From the NCBI GenBank assembly GCA_039096225.1, contig JBBPEB010000032.1, positions 682,001 to 746,000 of the forward strand: DNA of 64,000 nt, given 5' to 3'. The DNA comes from Blastocystis sp. Blastoise. Lineage: Eukaryota > Protista > Bigyra: Opalinata. Shown one piece after another: positions 1-15,434 of the stretch. The position numbers and the translations under genes are program-made. Numbering within the stretch: the stretch's first letter is position 1; each line of letters begins with the position of its first letter. The notes beneath the pieces were generated by a model. That model saw nothing but the letters and a program-made list of their open reading frames with translations. It did not search any database and was not told the DNA's origin.

Positions 1-1071
1 ATTCAATCAACAATACCTGATAATAAATATATATTTAAATATGAGGAATGCGTTGGACATGAATGCCTTTGCTGTATATATATAGATATATAATTTTTTA
101 ATTTATAATCAAAGCTTTTTTATTGGTATATTCAATTATTTTATTTATGTTCTCGTATATACATATATATAATTATATAGTTGATAAGGCTGATAGCATA
201 TTAAAGAATAAAATTTGTCTCCAAAACAATGATTATAAATCAATTTCTTTTAATGGTATATATATTTATGAATAATTTAAAATAGTATTCATTACATAAA
301 TATTATATTGTCTTCTAAAGATATTATGTATTAAAATAAAAATAATAATTCTTATAACAATTATAATGGTAATTATTATTGTTAATAGAATTATTATATT
401 ATAAATAGATTTTTTAAATAATTCTAAAATGATATGAATATACTAATTATAAATATATTAATAATTGAATAACTCAATTAATGACTATTACATATAGGTG
501 TAATATGCGGAGTAAAAGAATTTGCATATTCTTCTATTGAATCTATGCGTGGTTGCTATTTGGAGCATTTATGTATTAAAAGTATATCTTGAATATTGCT
601 ACTAATTCATTCATTTTAGTAGTATTATATTTATGTTCAAAATCTAATTCTTATAATATTTCTATATTAATAAGAACTGTTTTTAAATTTTTATTATATG
701 AAAATTATATATAGACATTTTTATGAAAGAAAAATGGCTATACCATTTTTTATTGAAAATTAAAACGAGATGTAGAAATCTATTGGTATTTGAAGTTATA
801 AGTATATATATACATATATATATGTTTATCTATTTTTTAAATTATTAATAAAGCTTTTTTTGTAGTTGCTCTGTATGATTATAATTATACGTGCTCTAAA
901 TATATTTTTCTTTATAGATTGTAATCAAACACAATTTTTAAATTTTTTCAGTCAGTTAAGAGTAAAAGCATTCAGACGTTTGCTATTTTTATCAATAGAA
1001 GGTATATAAACATAGAACTTTATATTTTGTTGAGTTTTTTATGTTTTTTTATCGTATAGATTATATTATGT

Positions 1072-1105
<34 letters not shown>

Positions 1106-4100
1106 CGTCTGCTGATATGTCACTTACAATTTTTTGTAATATAATGAATACTTCAAATAAATTTCCACATCTTGTTTTCTTCAATATTAAAGGTATATAT
1201 CATTTTAAAAAATTCTATTCTACTCTATTTATAATCAAACAGTCTATTGTCTTATATATACATATAGAAACGCAATATAACTCTATGAATAGAGGCTGTA
1301 AACAAGATCTTATAAAAATAGAATTTTATTTAATGTTTCGTTATTATATTATAGGTATTTTTTAACTATCTTCTGTACGAGTTATAAGTGCATAGTGTTT
1401 ATCACTATACCTATTCTATTACATAATCTATTTTATTAAATAATTTCTTTTAAATACTTCCCATAATTTTTATACATGTATTTATATAGTTATAAAGAAA
1501 GTGGAGCTTAGTACTTCTTTACCATTAAGTTCATATATAAGTGGCCTGGATTCCTCTATTTATGAACAATTGAAGAATATATCATTATATAACAAAACTA
1601 CTATTACTCAAAATGATTTATTGGATTATGTAGAAAAGTTATATGCTATTGGTTATGCTGAAGAATACAAAAAAATCACAAATAAAGAATACAGTGGAGA
1701 TTTTTCTAAAATGAGTAGAAAGGAAATGAAGAGAGTTATAAGAGCTGCCATGAGAGCTAATAGTAATTCTACTGCAAGTTCTAAAATTACTAATAGAACT
1801 ACTGTTAATAATAATAATTCTAGAAGAACTCGAGGAAGGATAGCTGATAGAAATATAAGAAATAATCAAATTGTTTTAAATAATCAACAGTCAACAGCTA
1901 TTTCTGATAACAAAATAATAAATAATATTTCTACTTCTACTTCTTCATCTGTTTTATCAAGAACAAAATCAGGATATGTACAATTTGAACAAGAATCAAC
2001 TTCTCATTCATATAAATCCGCACATTTTGTAGAAATATATATAGAAAGTCATGCAGATTATGATATATTATGTATATATATAATAATATTTTTATTATCT
2101 TTTTATATATATATATATAGTTGATGAACATAATCAGAAATATTTTACAAGTACGATACGATCCTATACTAACTATAAAACTAAAGACATCAGAATTATT
2201 GCATGGAGTATATATATTATATGTATCATTTTACTTTGTATTATCTATATATATCTAAATATCTAAATATCTATAGATATTGATTGTTCTACTCTCAATG
2301 ATATTTTAAATACTCAAATGGTTGCTATTTCTGATTTTACTCAGTTAGTTCTTCGAAGTATATATTATTATTATTTATTTACTATTTGTCCATAAAGATA
2401 GATTAATATGAACTATTATTAAATTTAATTATTCTCTATATATTTATTCTATATATCTCTATATATATAAAGATATAACTAAATGTGAAATGAAAGATAT
2501 AAAATGGTTTGTTAATTTTATTTCTAAAGTACCTTCATTAAGATTAATTGAGATTAAAGGTATATAAGTATTTCTATTTATATTCAATTCTTTATAATAT
2601 TCATTTCTCTCTATCTATATGTATTCTTTTTGTAAATCTTATATTCATAATGTTTCTTACAAAGTATTATGTAATATAAATAGTATATAATAATTATATA
2701 TTTGTATCTATAGACTGCTCTCCTATGTTTTTCTCCTGTCTCAATGAATTTCAATCTTCTAAATCTTTATTTCCTTCTTTGAATATATTATCTATAAAGG
2801 GTATATATATTATAATTATAATAATATTCTCATTTATGTTATTCTTTGGCTATTTATGGTTACAATTATATATATAAATAATATTTAAATTATTTTTTAT
2901 ATAATTATATATATATGATTATATATAGCGGCATCAATGGATTCTAGAACAATTTCAATTATTTATGATATTGTGAATGTATCCTCTGTTTTCTCTAAAC
3001 TTTTCTATATCCAATTTGATAGTATATATATATATATATTAATAACTAATTTTTATTAGTAAAACAAATAACAGGACAAGATTATATAAATAGTCATAAT
3101 TATTTATATATTTGTGAATATATTATGAGGATTAGATATTATTTTATAAGTATATATATATATATATAAATTATTCTCCTTATTATAAATAGTGTTAATG
3201 ACATGAGATTCTGTTTTTTTTAATAATATTATTATAAAATATGATTATTTCTTGACTACTCTTTATACATGTATATAGATATAATAAACTCTCCATTCTC
3301 ACAAATGCTTAATTTTTATGGATGCTATCGTGCTCTAGCTGAAAAACATACAGATATTCCATTTGATTCTATTTATAATGATATAATAGAAGAAGAAAAT
3401 ATAAATAATTATGTATCTGTATTTTTGAAGAAAATAGAATCTTATCCAGTTATTTCATGGTCACAAATTTTATCTATAGATAATAAAAATGATGATAATG
3501 ATATGAATAATAGTATTTGTCAATCGGATAATGATATAAATAATAATGATGATGTTATTGATAATAATGATGTTATTGATAATGATAAGGATAATGATAG
3601 TGATGATAGTGATGATAGTAATGATAGTGATGATAGTGATGATAGTGATGATAGTGATACTGAAGATAAAGATGTTGATGATAAAACTGATAATGATAAG
3701 GATAAAAATATGGTTAATTATGATAATAATGAGAATATTGATATTGATAATAACAATAACAATAACAATAACAATAATGCAACTATTATTATTGATAATA
3801 TTCATAAAGAAAGTATTGAGTCTATTTCTCCTCCTCCTCCTCCTCCTCTTCCTCATCATTCTATCTTCCAATCTCCTTCTCCTTCTCCTTCTCCTACTTT
3901 TACATTTATTACTAAACATAAATCTAAAAGCAATAATAAATCAACTACTACTAATAATAATATTAACAAGAATTCTAATCTTAAGAACTCTTTATCTTTA
4001 CCAGTTCCTCCAACATTAGTTCTTCCTCCATCTATAGATCTCTCTAGTAATATAAGTCAATCAAATTCAACTTTATCTTCTACTACTAATGACTTAAACG

Positions 4101-4658
4101 CTAAAGAGAATATTATATGTCAGAATAACATTATTAAGGATACTATTGATTCAAATAAGAATCAAATAGATAATGAATCAATATCTACTAAACAAACTAT
4201 TCCTAATACTAAAGATATATCATCATCTACCAACGCTTCTTCTAACAATCAAAATATCATTATTCAGAATCATTCAGATACACTTAATACTGCTGAAATA
4301 ACTCCTAAGGCATCAACAATATTAGATTCTTCATATTCTTCAATGTCTACAACTAATAATCAGGAGAATAATTCTAATTCCTCTTCCAATAACAATAATA
4401 TAGAATCAATATCGACAACTAAAAATATATATTTTTATAGTGATAATGCAGATTATATAAATATACATTTATTTACGGGAATCAAAGAATTGCCATTATT
4501 TACTGAAAACCCAATTGTTTCTAGTATATATATTCTTTAGCTATATAATTATAATAATTTAATATGTATATAGTTACTCAAAAGGATTATACTTTATATT
4601 TTGAGAATGGGAAAGAGATTCTTATTCCTGAAAAACCATTTACATTAATTTTACATGG

Positions 4659-4689
<31 letters not shown>

Positions 4690-6472
4690 GATTAAAGTTA
4701 TTAAAAAAGTTAATTCAATGTTAATATATATTATTATTATATTATACATGTATATAGGTCCATTTGAAACTGATATTATGTCAATAATGCTGATTTTATT
4801 TTCTGATTATTTTGATTATATTATTGCTATTACTATGAAAAGTATATATATATTATCTAATGTTTTTATAAATGAGTTATCTTTTAATATATATTTAAAT
4901 GAAATTGAACTTGAAATAAACATATATATTATTATAGAGATTGATTGTTTTAAAGCAGCTTTTTATCCTATATTAATGTATCTATTTGAAAATTGTCAGC
5001 AATTAATATCTTTCTCATTTGAAGGTAATTATTTTATATGTTTAATTATTATCTATTATAAATATAATTATTATATATATAATAACTCTTTATAATAATA
5101 TGTTTTTTTTTAGGTTTTTTAAATAGAATTAATTTAATTATATATATATATATATAGATTGTTCCTTTAAGGATATAATAACAGATTTACAACAAGCAGT
5201 CATATTGTGTCCTGTCTCTATTTCTTATCTTTGTTTTAATGGTATTTACTATATGTTTATATATAACTATTCTCTCCTTTGTATTCTTATTCTTCCTCTA
5301 CGAAAATTATACTATTTTATTTAAAATATATTTTTAATAATATTTAATAATAATTTTTTGGAATATATATTATATATAGAAGTTAATATGACTAAAGAAT
5401 GTATTATTCGCTTATATGATATGATTATGACAACCAATTATTTTAAACAACTTATTGCTCTTTGGATTAAACGTATATATATATATTTATATATCATTAA
5501 ACCTTGTATTTTATAGCAAAAGATAATGGTTCTAACTATATAACTTTATTAAGTGAATACTGTAGAAAGATACAATTTGCTTTAGTTGTTCGTTCTTCGA
5601 TTCTATGTATATATAATAATAATAATCTTATTCTTCATATAAATAATAGTATACTATACATATATATATCTATAGCTCAATCTACTTTGTCTTCTTCTTC
5701 TCCATTATATTATTATTATAATCAATTATCTAATAAAATATTATTACAATTATTTACATCTTATTTATATTTGGATCAAAAACAATATAAGTATCAATAT
5801 ATACCAATATATAATAAACTAAGAGATTCTATATCTGTATATAAATTGAAAGAGAATAAAGATGCGATATGTCCTAAAGATATTGATATATATACAAAAG
5901 TAGAATCTTATGGTACTGTTAAGAAAATAGATGAATTCTATATAAAGGATATAATTACAAGCATTATTGAAGAAAATGGAAAATTATCTATAGATGATAT
6001 TATTAATAAGTCGCAGTCTTTATCTGATATCTCTAATGATAATAATATTAATACTAATTCTTCTAATACTAGTATTTCTAACAATAATAATGTTATTTCT
6101 AACAATAATAATGTTATTTCTAACGATAATAATACTACTATTTCTTCTTCTATTCCTTCTAATAATAATAATTTATCTTCTGTTGCTTCTTCTAATACTA
6201 ATGATAAGTCTATTATTACTAAGACGAATCCTATTATTAAAGATGATAGTACTATATCAGATTCTGATTTTAATTATTTTAATACATTTATTCCTGGCAA
6301 AAATGAACTATCATCTTGTAAACGTCATATATTAGGTATATATATTATTATTTTTTTTTATTTATTATTATTCAATATTTTTATATAGTTACACAAGAAG
6401 TCTATGAAAAATATGTTATTAATCATAATAATATATCTTTACAGAATAATGGATCTGTAGATTTTACTCTTC

Positions 6473-6532
<60 letters not shown>

Positions 6533-9500
6533 TATATATTATATTAATATTAATTATATAGGTCCATTTAAGTGTTCCATTATTAATATAATAAAATCAT
6601 TTGAATCATTAATTAAATCAAGAGTTTTTTCAATAATTATTAAAGGTATATATTATGTTAATTCTTATAAATTTATTATAATTATTTATTAATTGTTTTC
6701 ATGATATATATTTATTTTTTTATATACATATATAGATGTAAATATTACTATAGACGTAGAATTTAATATGCTTTTTGATAGTATTCTAAAACTTGAGTAT
6801 ATCCAATGTGTTACATTTCAAAGTAAATATATTATTATTGTTAATGTCAATATATTATAACATATATATAGATTTAACTTTTGATTCTACATTGGATATG
6901 AACTCATTTTTAAAAGTATCTCCAAAGAGAATTGGTCAAATATTATTTAAAAGTATATATACTATTTATTTTTATTATATACAATGTATATAGATTGTAT
7001 ACTTTTAACAGAGCATCTTCATCAGCTATATATTCTTCTTAATACAACTGATTCTCTTATTGGATTATTTTCAGTCAATATTATATGTATATATCTATCT
7101 TTATCAAATTATTAGTGTTTCAAATAAGTAATTGTTATATATATATAGATAATAAAAAGGAAGATATGCCAAAAGAAACGTTATTTATTGAATATTTGAG
7201 ATCAATTCGTTATATATTAATATATAGACATTATATTATAAAGACATGCCAAATAAAACCATTTGTTCGAACTCCATGTATCTATCATATTTATAATATG
7301 CCAAAAGAACAAAAAAATAGATGTGATCAATTATATATATCTTATAAGAATATGATAAATAATCCAAATACATATCCTTTTTTCTCTGCAAAGGTAAATA
7401 ATGAATCACAATGCGTATTTACATCAAATCCTGTACCTAAGGATTATATAAATATTATTCAATATTATCCAATTTGTAATCCACCTTTAGCATCTTCTTC
7501 TTCTAAAGCTACTATTACTACTAGTGTTGTTAGTAATGTTAATACTATAAATTCAGTGTCTTCCGATGCTCCTACTACTGTTACGACTACTAAAGATATT
7601 TCTAGTTCTAGTTCTAGTTCTAGTTCTTGTTCTAGTTCTAGTTCTTCAACTACTACTACTTCTACTATTACTAGTACTAAAGAGGCTTCTTCTTTATCAT
7701 CCTCTTCCTCTACTAATCAAACTATTATATCTAATAAACAAACTACTCCTATTAATACTTCTATTTCTATATCATCATCTTCTTCTGTCAATTCTTCACT
7801 TAATAATCCTTCAATAGTATCTACTCCTATAGTATCTAGTATTCCTAAATCTAATCCTATAGTATCTACTCCTAAAGTATCTACTCCTGTAGTATCTATA
7901 CCTAAAGTATCTACACCTAAAGTATCTATACCTACTGTATCTACTCCTTTGAAACCTATTGAAACTATATCTTCAACCTCTGTATCAGATACTTCAATAT
8001 TATCAAATGTTCCTATATCTGAAAATACATCTAATTCTTCTATTCATAAATCAGTATTATCAACAACTAGTGTACCTTCAAGTATAAATAATAATAATCA
8101 ATCTACAAATTATATCGTTTCTGATAATGATTTCAATTTAATAAATCAATTTATTCCTGGAAATAATGAGAAATCATCCTTTAAATCAACTATATTAAGT
8201 ATATATATATTTATTCCTTATTATTATAATATAAATATAACTCTTTTTTTATATTATAATAGTGACACAAGATGTTTACAGACAATATTTAAAAGACAAA
8301 AAGACAATTTCAGTTGCTGCTAGTGGATCTATCGAATTAATTCTACAAGGTATGTTTCTATTTGAACTATAAATAATATCTTTTGTATATTTATAATTAT
8401 GATTCTATCTTATTGTGTATAATATATATATATATATTATATATATATAGGACCTTTTGATGTTTCTTTAATTACTATTTTGTCTGCTATTACATCATTT
8501 AGTGTAACTCGTATTTGCTCATTGATTATTAAAGATATTCATTATATATTATGTGTAATTATTATTATTATTATTATATTTTATAATACATTTATTATTA
8601 TTTATTCTATATTATCATTAGATATTCATACTTCAACTGATTCAAGCTTCATTCAATTACTTGAAAGATTAATACTATTTAAAAACTTATCCTGGATTAT
8701 ATTTGATCGTATATATATATATGTTATATAAATACAATTGAATACTATATATGATTATATAGGTGTTGATATATCAAGTAATATTGATTTTAAAATACTT
8801 TTTAATAAATGTTCCAAATTTATTGTTCAAATATTATTTAAAAGTATATAATAATAATATTTCACATATATAACATTATACATAGATTGTACAATTACAA
8901 AAGATCATTTGTATCAATTATATACGCTTTTAAACACTACAGATTCACTATCTCGTCTTTTTTGTATTAATTTTAAATGTATATATATATTTTATATTTT
9001 ATTTAAATTTATTATTTTTTTCTATATAATTATTGGCTATACAATATTATTATAATTATATATATAGTTGAAACAAAAGAGAATATTCCTGATGCTTTAA
9101 TAAGTATAGAATATATTAAGAGAATAAGATATATGTTATTATATCGTTTTTATCTACTTAATAAAGTTAAAATTGTTGTTTCAAAGAATAAAACATGTTT
9201 ATATTATATATATAATATGGCATATGTCGAGAAGAATAAATGTGATCAATTATATACAAAATTTAAGGTATTACCAAATATACAATCTAGCTATGAACAC
9301 TATACTACTTCACTTAATAAGGTATTGAAGACTACATTTAGTACTATGAAATTACCCGATAATTATTATGATCTAGTGATTAAATCTTATTCTATATGTA
9401 ATAATATTCCATCTTTTCCTGTTAATAAGAATATTAGTAGTAATAGTATTATTCAAACTTCATCAACTATTACCCCTACTATTAATAATACTACTAGTAT

Positions 9501-12500
9501 TATTCCTGTAACTATGAATAGTAAGAGCAATTCTTCTACAGATACAAATAGTATTAATAAGACTACAACAGCAATTGTTACTAATTCTAATAATAATTCA
9601 AATAAAACTAATAGTAATAATAGCTTTACAACTGTTCCTGCTTCTAGTTCTATTAATAATATAAATAATACTGGTAATAATAAGACAACTATTACTAATA
9701 ATAGTAACATACTATCTCTTTCTACTTCTCATAGTTCTAGCACTGCTGCTAATACTCCTGTTGTTAGTAAAACTAGTAGTAATAAAGCTACTAATGTTGC
9801 TCCTACTATTAATAAAGCTACTACCGTTGCTCCTGTTATTAATAATCCTACTACTAAAGTTGTTAATACTCCTGTTATTAATAAAACTATTAATAATTCT
9901 ACTACTAAAGTTGTTAATACTCCTGTTATTCCTAAAGTTGTTAAAGTTATTAATACACCTGCTGTTCCTAAGATTACCAAAGTTACTCCTGTTGCTCCTT
10001 GTATTAGTAAATCAATTAATACTCCTGTTATTAATAAATCAATTAATAATCCTGTTATTAATAAATCTACGAATACTCCTTCTGCTACAAATAAAATTCC
10101 TCTTATTCTTCCTCCTCCTTGTCTTCCTAATGTAAATATACAAAAACAAACAGTAATATCTTCAAATAATATAAAACAAAATATAGCTACTTTTTCTACT
10201 TCTCAAGTAACTACAACATCTATTTCATCATCGACAAGTATATATATATTATTATATATATTATAAACTAATGAATTATATATCTATATATAAATATAGC
10301 TAATAATGCTAATTCTATACAAAATCAAATTATTCAAAATGAAGTTAATAATAGAATGTTATATGTAACAAATTATTTTGTTGATCCAAAACAAGTTCGT
10401 GTCTCTTTTTTACAAAAGAATGAATTACGTCTATTTAAAGTTTTATCTCTCTCTGTTCCAAGTGGAAAAGAATCAGGATTACATATAAAAGGTATATATA
10501 TATATATGATTATCACTATTTTATTATATATTATTAATTTCTTTTTTAATTTCATAATAGAATAATAATGGAATTTATATATATAGGACCGTATTCCTTT
10601 AGTATGGTAAAATCATATAAATTTATATTTAATACATATTTATCTCATTTAACATATCTTTATGTATCAGGTATATATATATATATTATATAATATTCAT
10701 TTAAAAAATAATTATAATAATATATAAAAAAAGAATTAATATATATATATATATATATAGATTTATCTGAGAATGATATACAATCGAACGCTATGTTTAT
10801 ATATTCTATTTTTGAATCTAGTCCTTTATTATCGATACTTAGTTTTAAAAGTATATTTGAATTACATATATATAAGTATTTATTGGATACTATATAATGA
10901 TTTCTATAGATGTTTTTATTCCACCATTATTCACGATTTTAATGAATCATAAAATAGCGTCACTTGGTAATAAGTTGAATTTAATTATTTATCAGGGTGA
11001 ATGTCCCACTGAAAATGAATTATTGAGTTTATGTACATTTTTAAATACGACTTCATTATATCCACAGTTAATTGATATAGCTTTTATATTAACAAATAAT
11101 ACTATTTCGATTAAACAGAAAGAATATTTAAATGATATTCAACTCTTGTTACAATTTAGATATTTTATTCTTTATATTCAATCTATAAAAATATCGGAAA
11201 TTATGTCAATATCATCTATTCTTCATTCTATGTCTTTATCATTATATAATACATTAAAGCAAATTAATCATATTCCTATTGGCAAGGAAACACAGTACGA
11301 TTGTGTACAGAGATTAATTAAAGAATATTCTAAATTCAAAACAGTATCTTCTTCTGATTTTAAGGTACCTTCAATATATTTATCTCCTTTCAATAATATT
11401 AATAATAATGTTAATTATAATAACGGTGTCACTACTACTGCTGCTAATAATAAAAATACAACGATAAATACAAATAGTAAAACAATTTCTTCAAACATAA
11501 CTACAAAACCTAGCTTAATTAATTTTATAAATGAATATAATAATAAACATAATAATAATATCTCAAATAACAATAAGAATCAGGATTCTATTATAAATAC
11601 TTTACAGAATATTATATCAAAAGATGAAATCCATTCACTTTCTCCAGAAAATCAGAATCCATTTATAAATCGTCTATTATTCTATAATACAATAAGTTTA
11701 CAAGAAGTATGTATACAAAAAGCTCTATATGTATATATATCGAAAGATATAACAAAAGAAATGGTTAGTTATAATAAAGACGTATTTGATGCACCTAAAA
11801 CAATTATTAATTGTATATATATATATGTTTATTATGAAATCAATTTATGACAAATATATACTATAGTTATTTAATTATTTGATACATATATATAGATAAC
11901 AATGAACAGTTAACGAAAATATATAAACAAAAACAAAAAGTCACTCCTTCTTCTACTGGACCTTTATATTATCGATTTACAGGTGGCTTTGGAGTATCAT
12001 ATTATTCTATTTTTGAAAATTCTTTTTCTCAATGTTTATATTCTATTCAAATAATTGAATTAATTAGTATATATATATGATAATAATATTATAATGATAA
12101 TCCTTTATATTTTTTGTTATAATAATAATAATAATAATAATAATTATTATTATTATATATATAGACATTCGTACAAATACATGTGCATGTGAAACATCCT
12201 TCTTTAAGTGTATTGCTACTAAATGCCCAAATCTAAAGAAACTACATCTAACTAGTATATATATATATAATTATAATATATAAAATTATACTATATAAAA
12301 TTATAATATATAAAATTATAATGTATAAAATTATATACAAAAATACTCTATTATAATATCTATAGATGTTTCTATGAGAGATATTCGTGATTGTATATTT
12401 TTTAATAATAGTATTAACTGCTATCCATCTCTTGAGGAATTCTCTTATCATTGTATATATATATAAGGAATACACTATTCATCTTTAAAATGAATACAAT

Positions 12501-12830
12501 ATATATATTTAAAATGAATGCAATATATATATATATATATATATATATTTATTATATATAGCACATGATTTAACTCAAATTGATATTACGACTATAAATA
12601 ATATATTTAATACTTCATACGTTATGCCAAAATTAATATCATTTAATATCTCATGTGATAATGTTTCTGTTGTTAATGATTATAATGCACTAAAGTCATT
12701 AAAAATTATACATTTTATACTTCGCTATAGAACCTCTATACTTCAACAAAATCCTAATAGTATTAATAGTAGCAACACGGTTATATCTCTAATTATTAAA
12801 CAAAATTTGATGCCATATATAAAAGTCTAA
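1..12830 (+). CDS. Very large multi-exon protein (roughly 3,000 aa in the window, 5' end outside) made of about 7 LRR-like modules separated by Asn/Ser/Thr/Pro-rich linkers
   Basis: Manual splicing links short exons of about 80-90 nt through phase-1 GT-AG introns. Many encode LxxLxI-type units (KVPSLRLIEIK, LFPSLNILSIK, FPHLVFFNIK, CQQLISFSFE, CPNLKKLHL, MPKLISFNIS). The long ORFs at 1501, 3269, 5504, 7085, 9133 and 10897 are linker exons. Stop TAA at 12828-12830. The LRR fold and the single-gene model are inference. Confidence 0.6.
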
Positions 12831-13411
12831 ATATTTATTTAAAAAACAGTTCCTTTTTTCTCTTTTCCCGTTTATTAAATAAGTTACCATTTTCATTAGT
12901 GTTTTTATTATATAATATTTGCAATTTACACCTTATTGATATGAAAAACATATTGTTTAATAGTATTTAATTGAAATCTTAAAATATTTTTTAATTGCTC
13001 ATCTGAGAATCCATCATTATCATGAATATGATAAACCAACATTTTTTAAATTAGTCAAAGATATTCAATTCAAAATAATCAGTGGTATTTATAGAATGGA
13101 TTCAAAAACTATATATAATTAGCCAATTATTTATCTCATTCAAAAGAACATATGCATCAGCTTATGAATAGACAAGGAAGAATTCAAATAAATGCTACAT
13201 AATAAATAAATCAGATTTACTATTATTATTTTTTATCATTGACAATGAACATCATTTAAAAAATATCGAAACAATGAAACGATGCTAATAAAAAATTATA
13301 AATCAAAGAATATCCTCAATAAAAATAAAAAAAATCCTTTCTTCGTTTGTTTCATTTTGTTTCGACAATTGAATATGAATGTAACTTATATTTCATAGTC
13401 ATATTAAAGAG

Positions 13412-14823
13412 ATGTTTACTGAGTGTTTACGAGGTGTCGTATCAATCAAGACATTTTCCTGTATTTCACTTTATTCATTCATTATTCTAGTTTAGGGAAG
13501 TCAAATGAGAAATTGGATAAGACAAACAATGCTGTTGTATACGCTGGAGATATATTCACATCAAAAGATAATGAGATCTTGCCTGAAATTGTTAATTCTC
13601 TCTTTTGGATGAGTTATCGGTAATAAATACATTTGATGATATTTCATAGATATAGTGGTAACTTTCAGAGAATTTCAGATACAGATCTATCAACAGATCT
13701 TGGTTGGGGTTGTACAATTCGAAGTACACAAATGATAGTAGCTGAAGTATATGAATAGTCTTTTAAAGAGTTCTCATGTTATATGTATATATAGGCCTTA
13801 AGGAGACTCTTTCTTGGACCATTATGGACGAAATATAATGGAATTAAAGAAAATACCTTGAATAATAAAATATATGGTGATGTATATATTGTATTTTTTT
13901 ATAGGTGATTATGATTTATATATAGATATTAACATTATTTTTAGATCTTGAAAATGATTCTTGTCCTTTCTCTATTCAAAATATATGTAAGGTATGTATA
14001 TTTTATTTAATATTATTATTATATTTTTATTATTATATACTATTATATTATTATTATTCAATTTAGAAATCACATGAATATAATAAAAAATACGGTGAAT
14101 GGTTTGGTTCTTCTGAAACATGTCAAATAATCGCGATTATTCATCAAGAATATCAGTCCTTAGGAACTATTAATCATTTATATCCCTATGATTTATTATC
14201 CTATATCAATATATATGTTATTAATGATGGCATTATTAATGACTCCTATGTATATAACGATTTAGTCTCTATATATATTATTAATATTCTAAAGATATAA
14301 ATATATATTATTTTATTTTATTATACTCTAAATAATAATTGTATTTGAAAAAAAATATTATTATATATATGCTTAATTTATTATATAATATATATATATA
14401 TATATAGATACATGAATTATTTCTTCCAAAATCTCCACATCCATATTTTTATCAGAACACATATAGTCCTCTTCTTACGAATTCTATATATACATGTAGA
14501 CCTCTTCTTCTTTTTATACCTTTAAAAACTGGATTAAATACTATTGACCCTGATTTTCAAAAATGTATATATTTTTTATTATTATTATTTATATATGTAT
14601 TTAAAAATATATATTTTTTATTATATTATTTAAATCTATATATATATGTTGAATCAGAAAACTATTCATTCTATATATAGGTTTATTCTTCTTATTATCA
14701 TTACCTACATCATTAGGAATGATAACAGGAACTCCTAAACATTCATTATATTGTTTTAGTATTATACATAAATTATTATCAAATATGAATAGAAAAAGGG
14801 AACCTATTCATACAAACAGTATA

Positions 14824-14910
<87 letters not shown>

Positions 14911-15434
14911 TCATTATATAATAAATATTTTCTTTGTATATCTATTCTATAGATATATATAATTATTTATATGAAGATAATGAAGGAAATCATCCATATG
15001 ATTTATTATGTTTGGATCCACATCAATTACAACCCTCTATTGTCAATCCATATATTCATGATACTTATCCTTTTATCGAAGTATTTATTATTAAGATTCT
15101 TTTTCATTAATATAAATATATTGTGAATATCAAGTTTATATTAAATTAAAAAATTATTTTATAGAATATAAATAACTCTTATCATACATCAGATGCAATT
15201 ATTAGTTTACCGATAGAATCGATAGATCCGTCAATTTGCTTAGGTTTCTTATTCAAAACTGAAGATGAATATAATGAATTCAAGTCGATAGTTACTATTG
15301 TATGCAATTTATTTCATATATCTATTGTTTTATAGTTGAAATCTAATAATTTCAATACTATATTCTCATTTATGAATCAGAACAATCATGAGATAAAATC
15401 GCCTATATCTTTAGATGATTATATACTGTTATAA
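13412..15434 (+). CDS. ATG4: Autophagy cysteine protease ATG4 (peptidase C54), about 10 exons; start uncertain
   Basis: Spliced motifs FWMSYR, STDLGWGCTIRSTQM (catalytic Cys), PFSIQN, GEWFG, PLLLFIPLKTG, GTPKHSLY, LDPH (catalytic Asp/His), SYHT and IDPSICLGF. C-terminal LIR-like DDYILL*. Confidence 0.93.
14827..14909. repeat. Intronic (TA)n microsatellite; similar long tracts at 6477, 17697, 53195 and 56061
   Basis: Directly visible. Confidence 0.95.

Noticed and set aside
1363-1365. In-frame TAA suggesting stop-codon reassignment
   Set aside because: A phase-compatible GT at 1355 removes it as intron. The 13.9-kb exon is stop-free in the standard code, and genes end in TAA or TGA.
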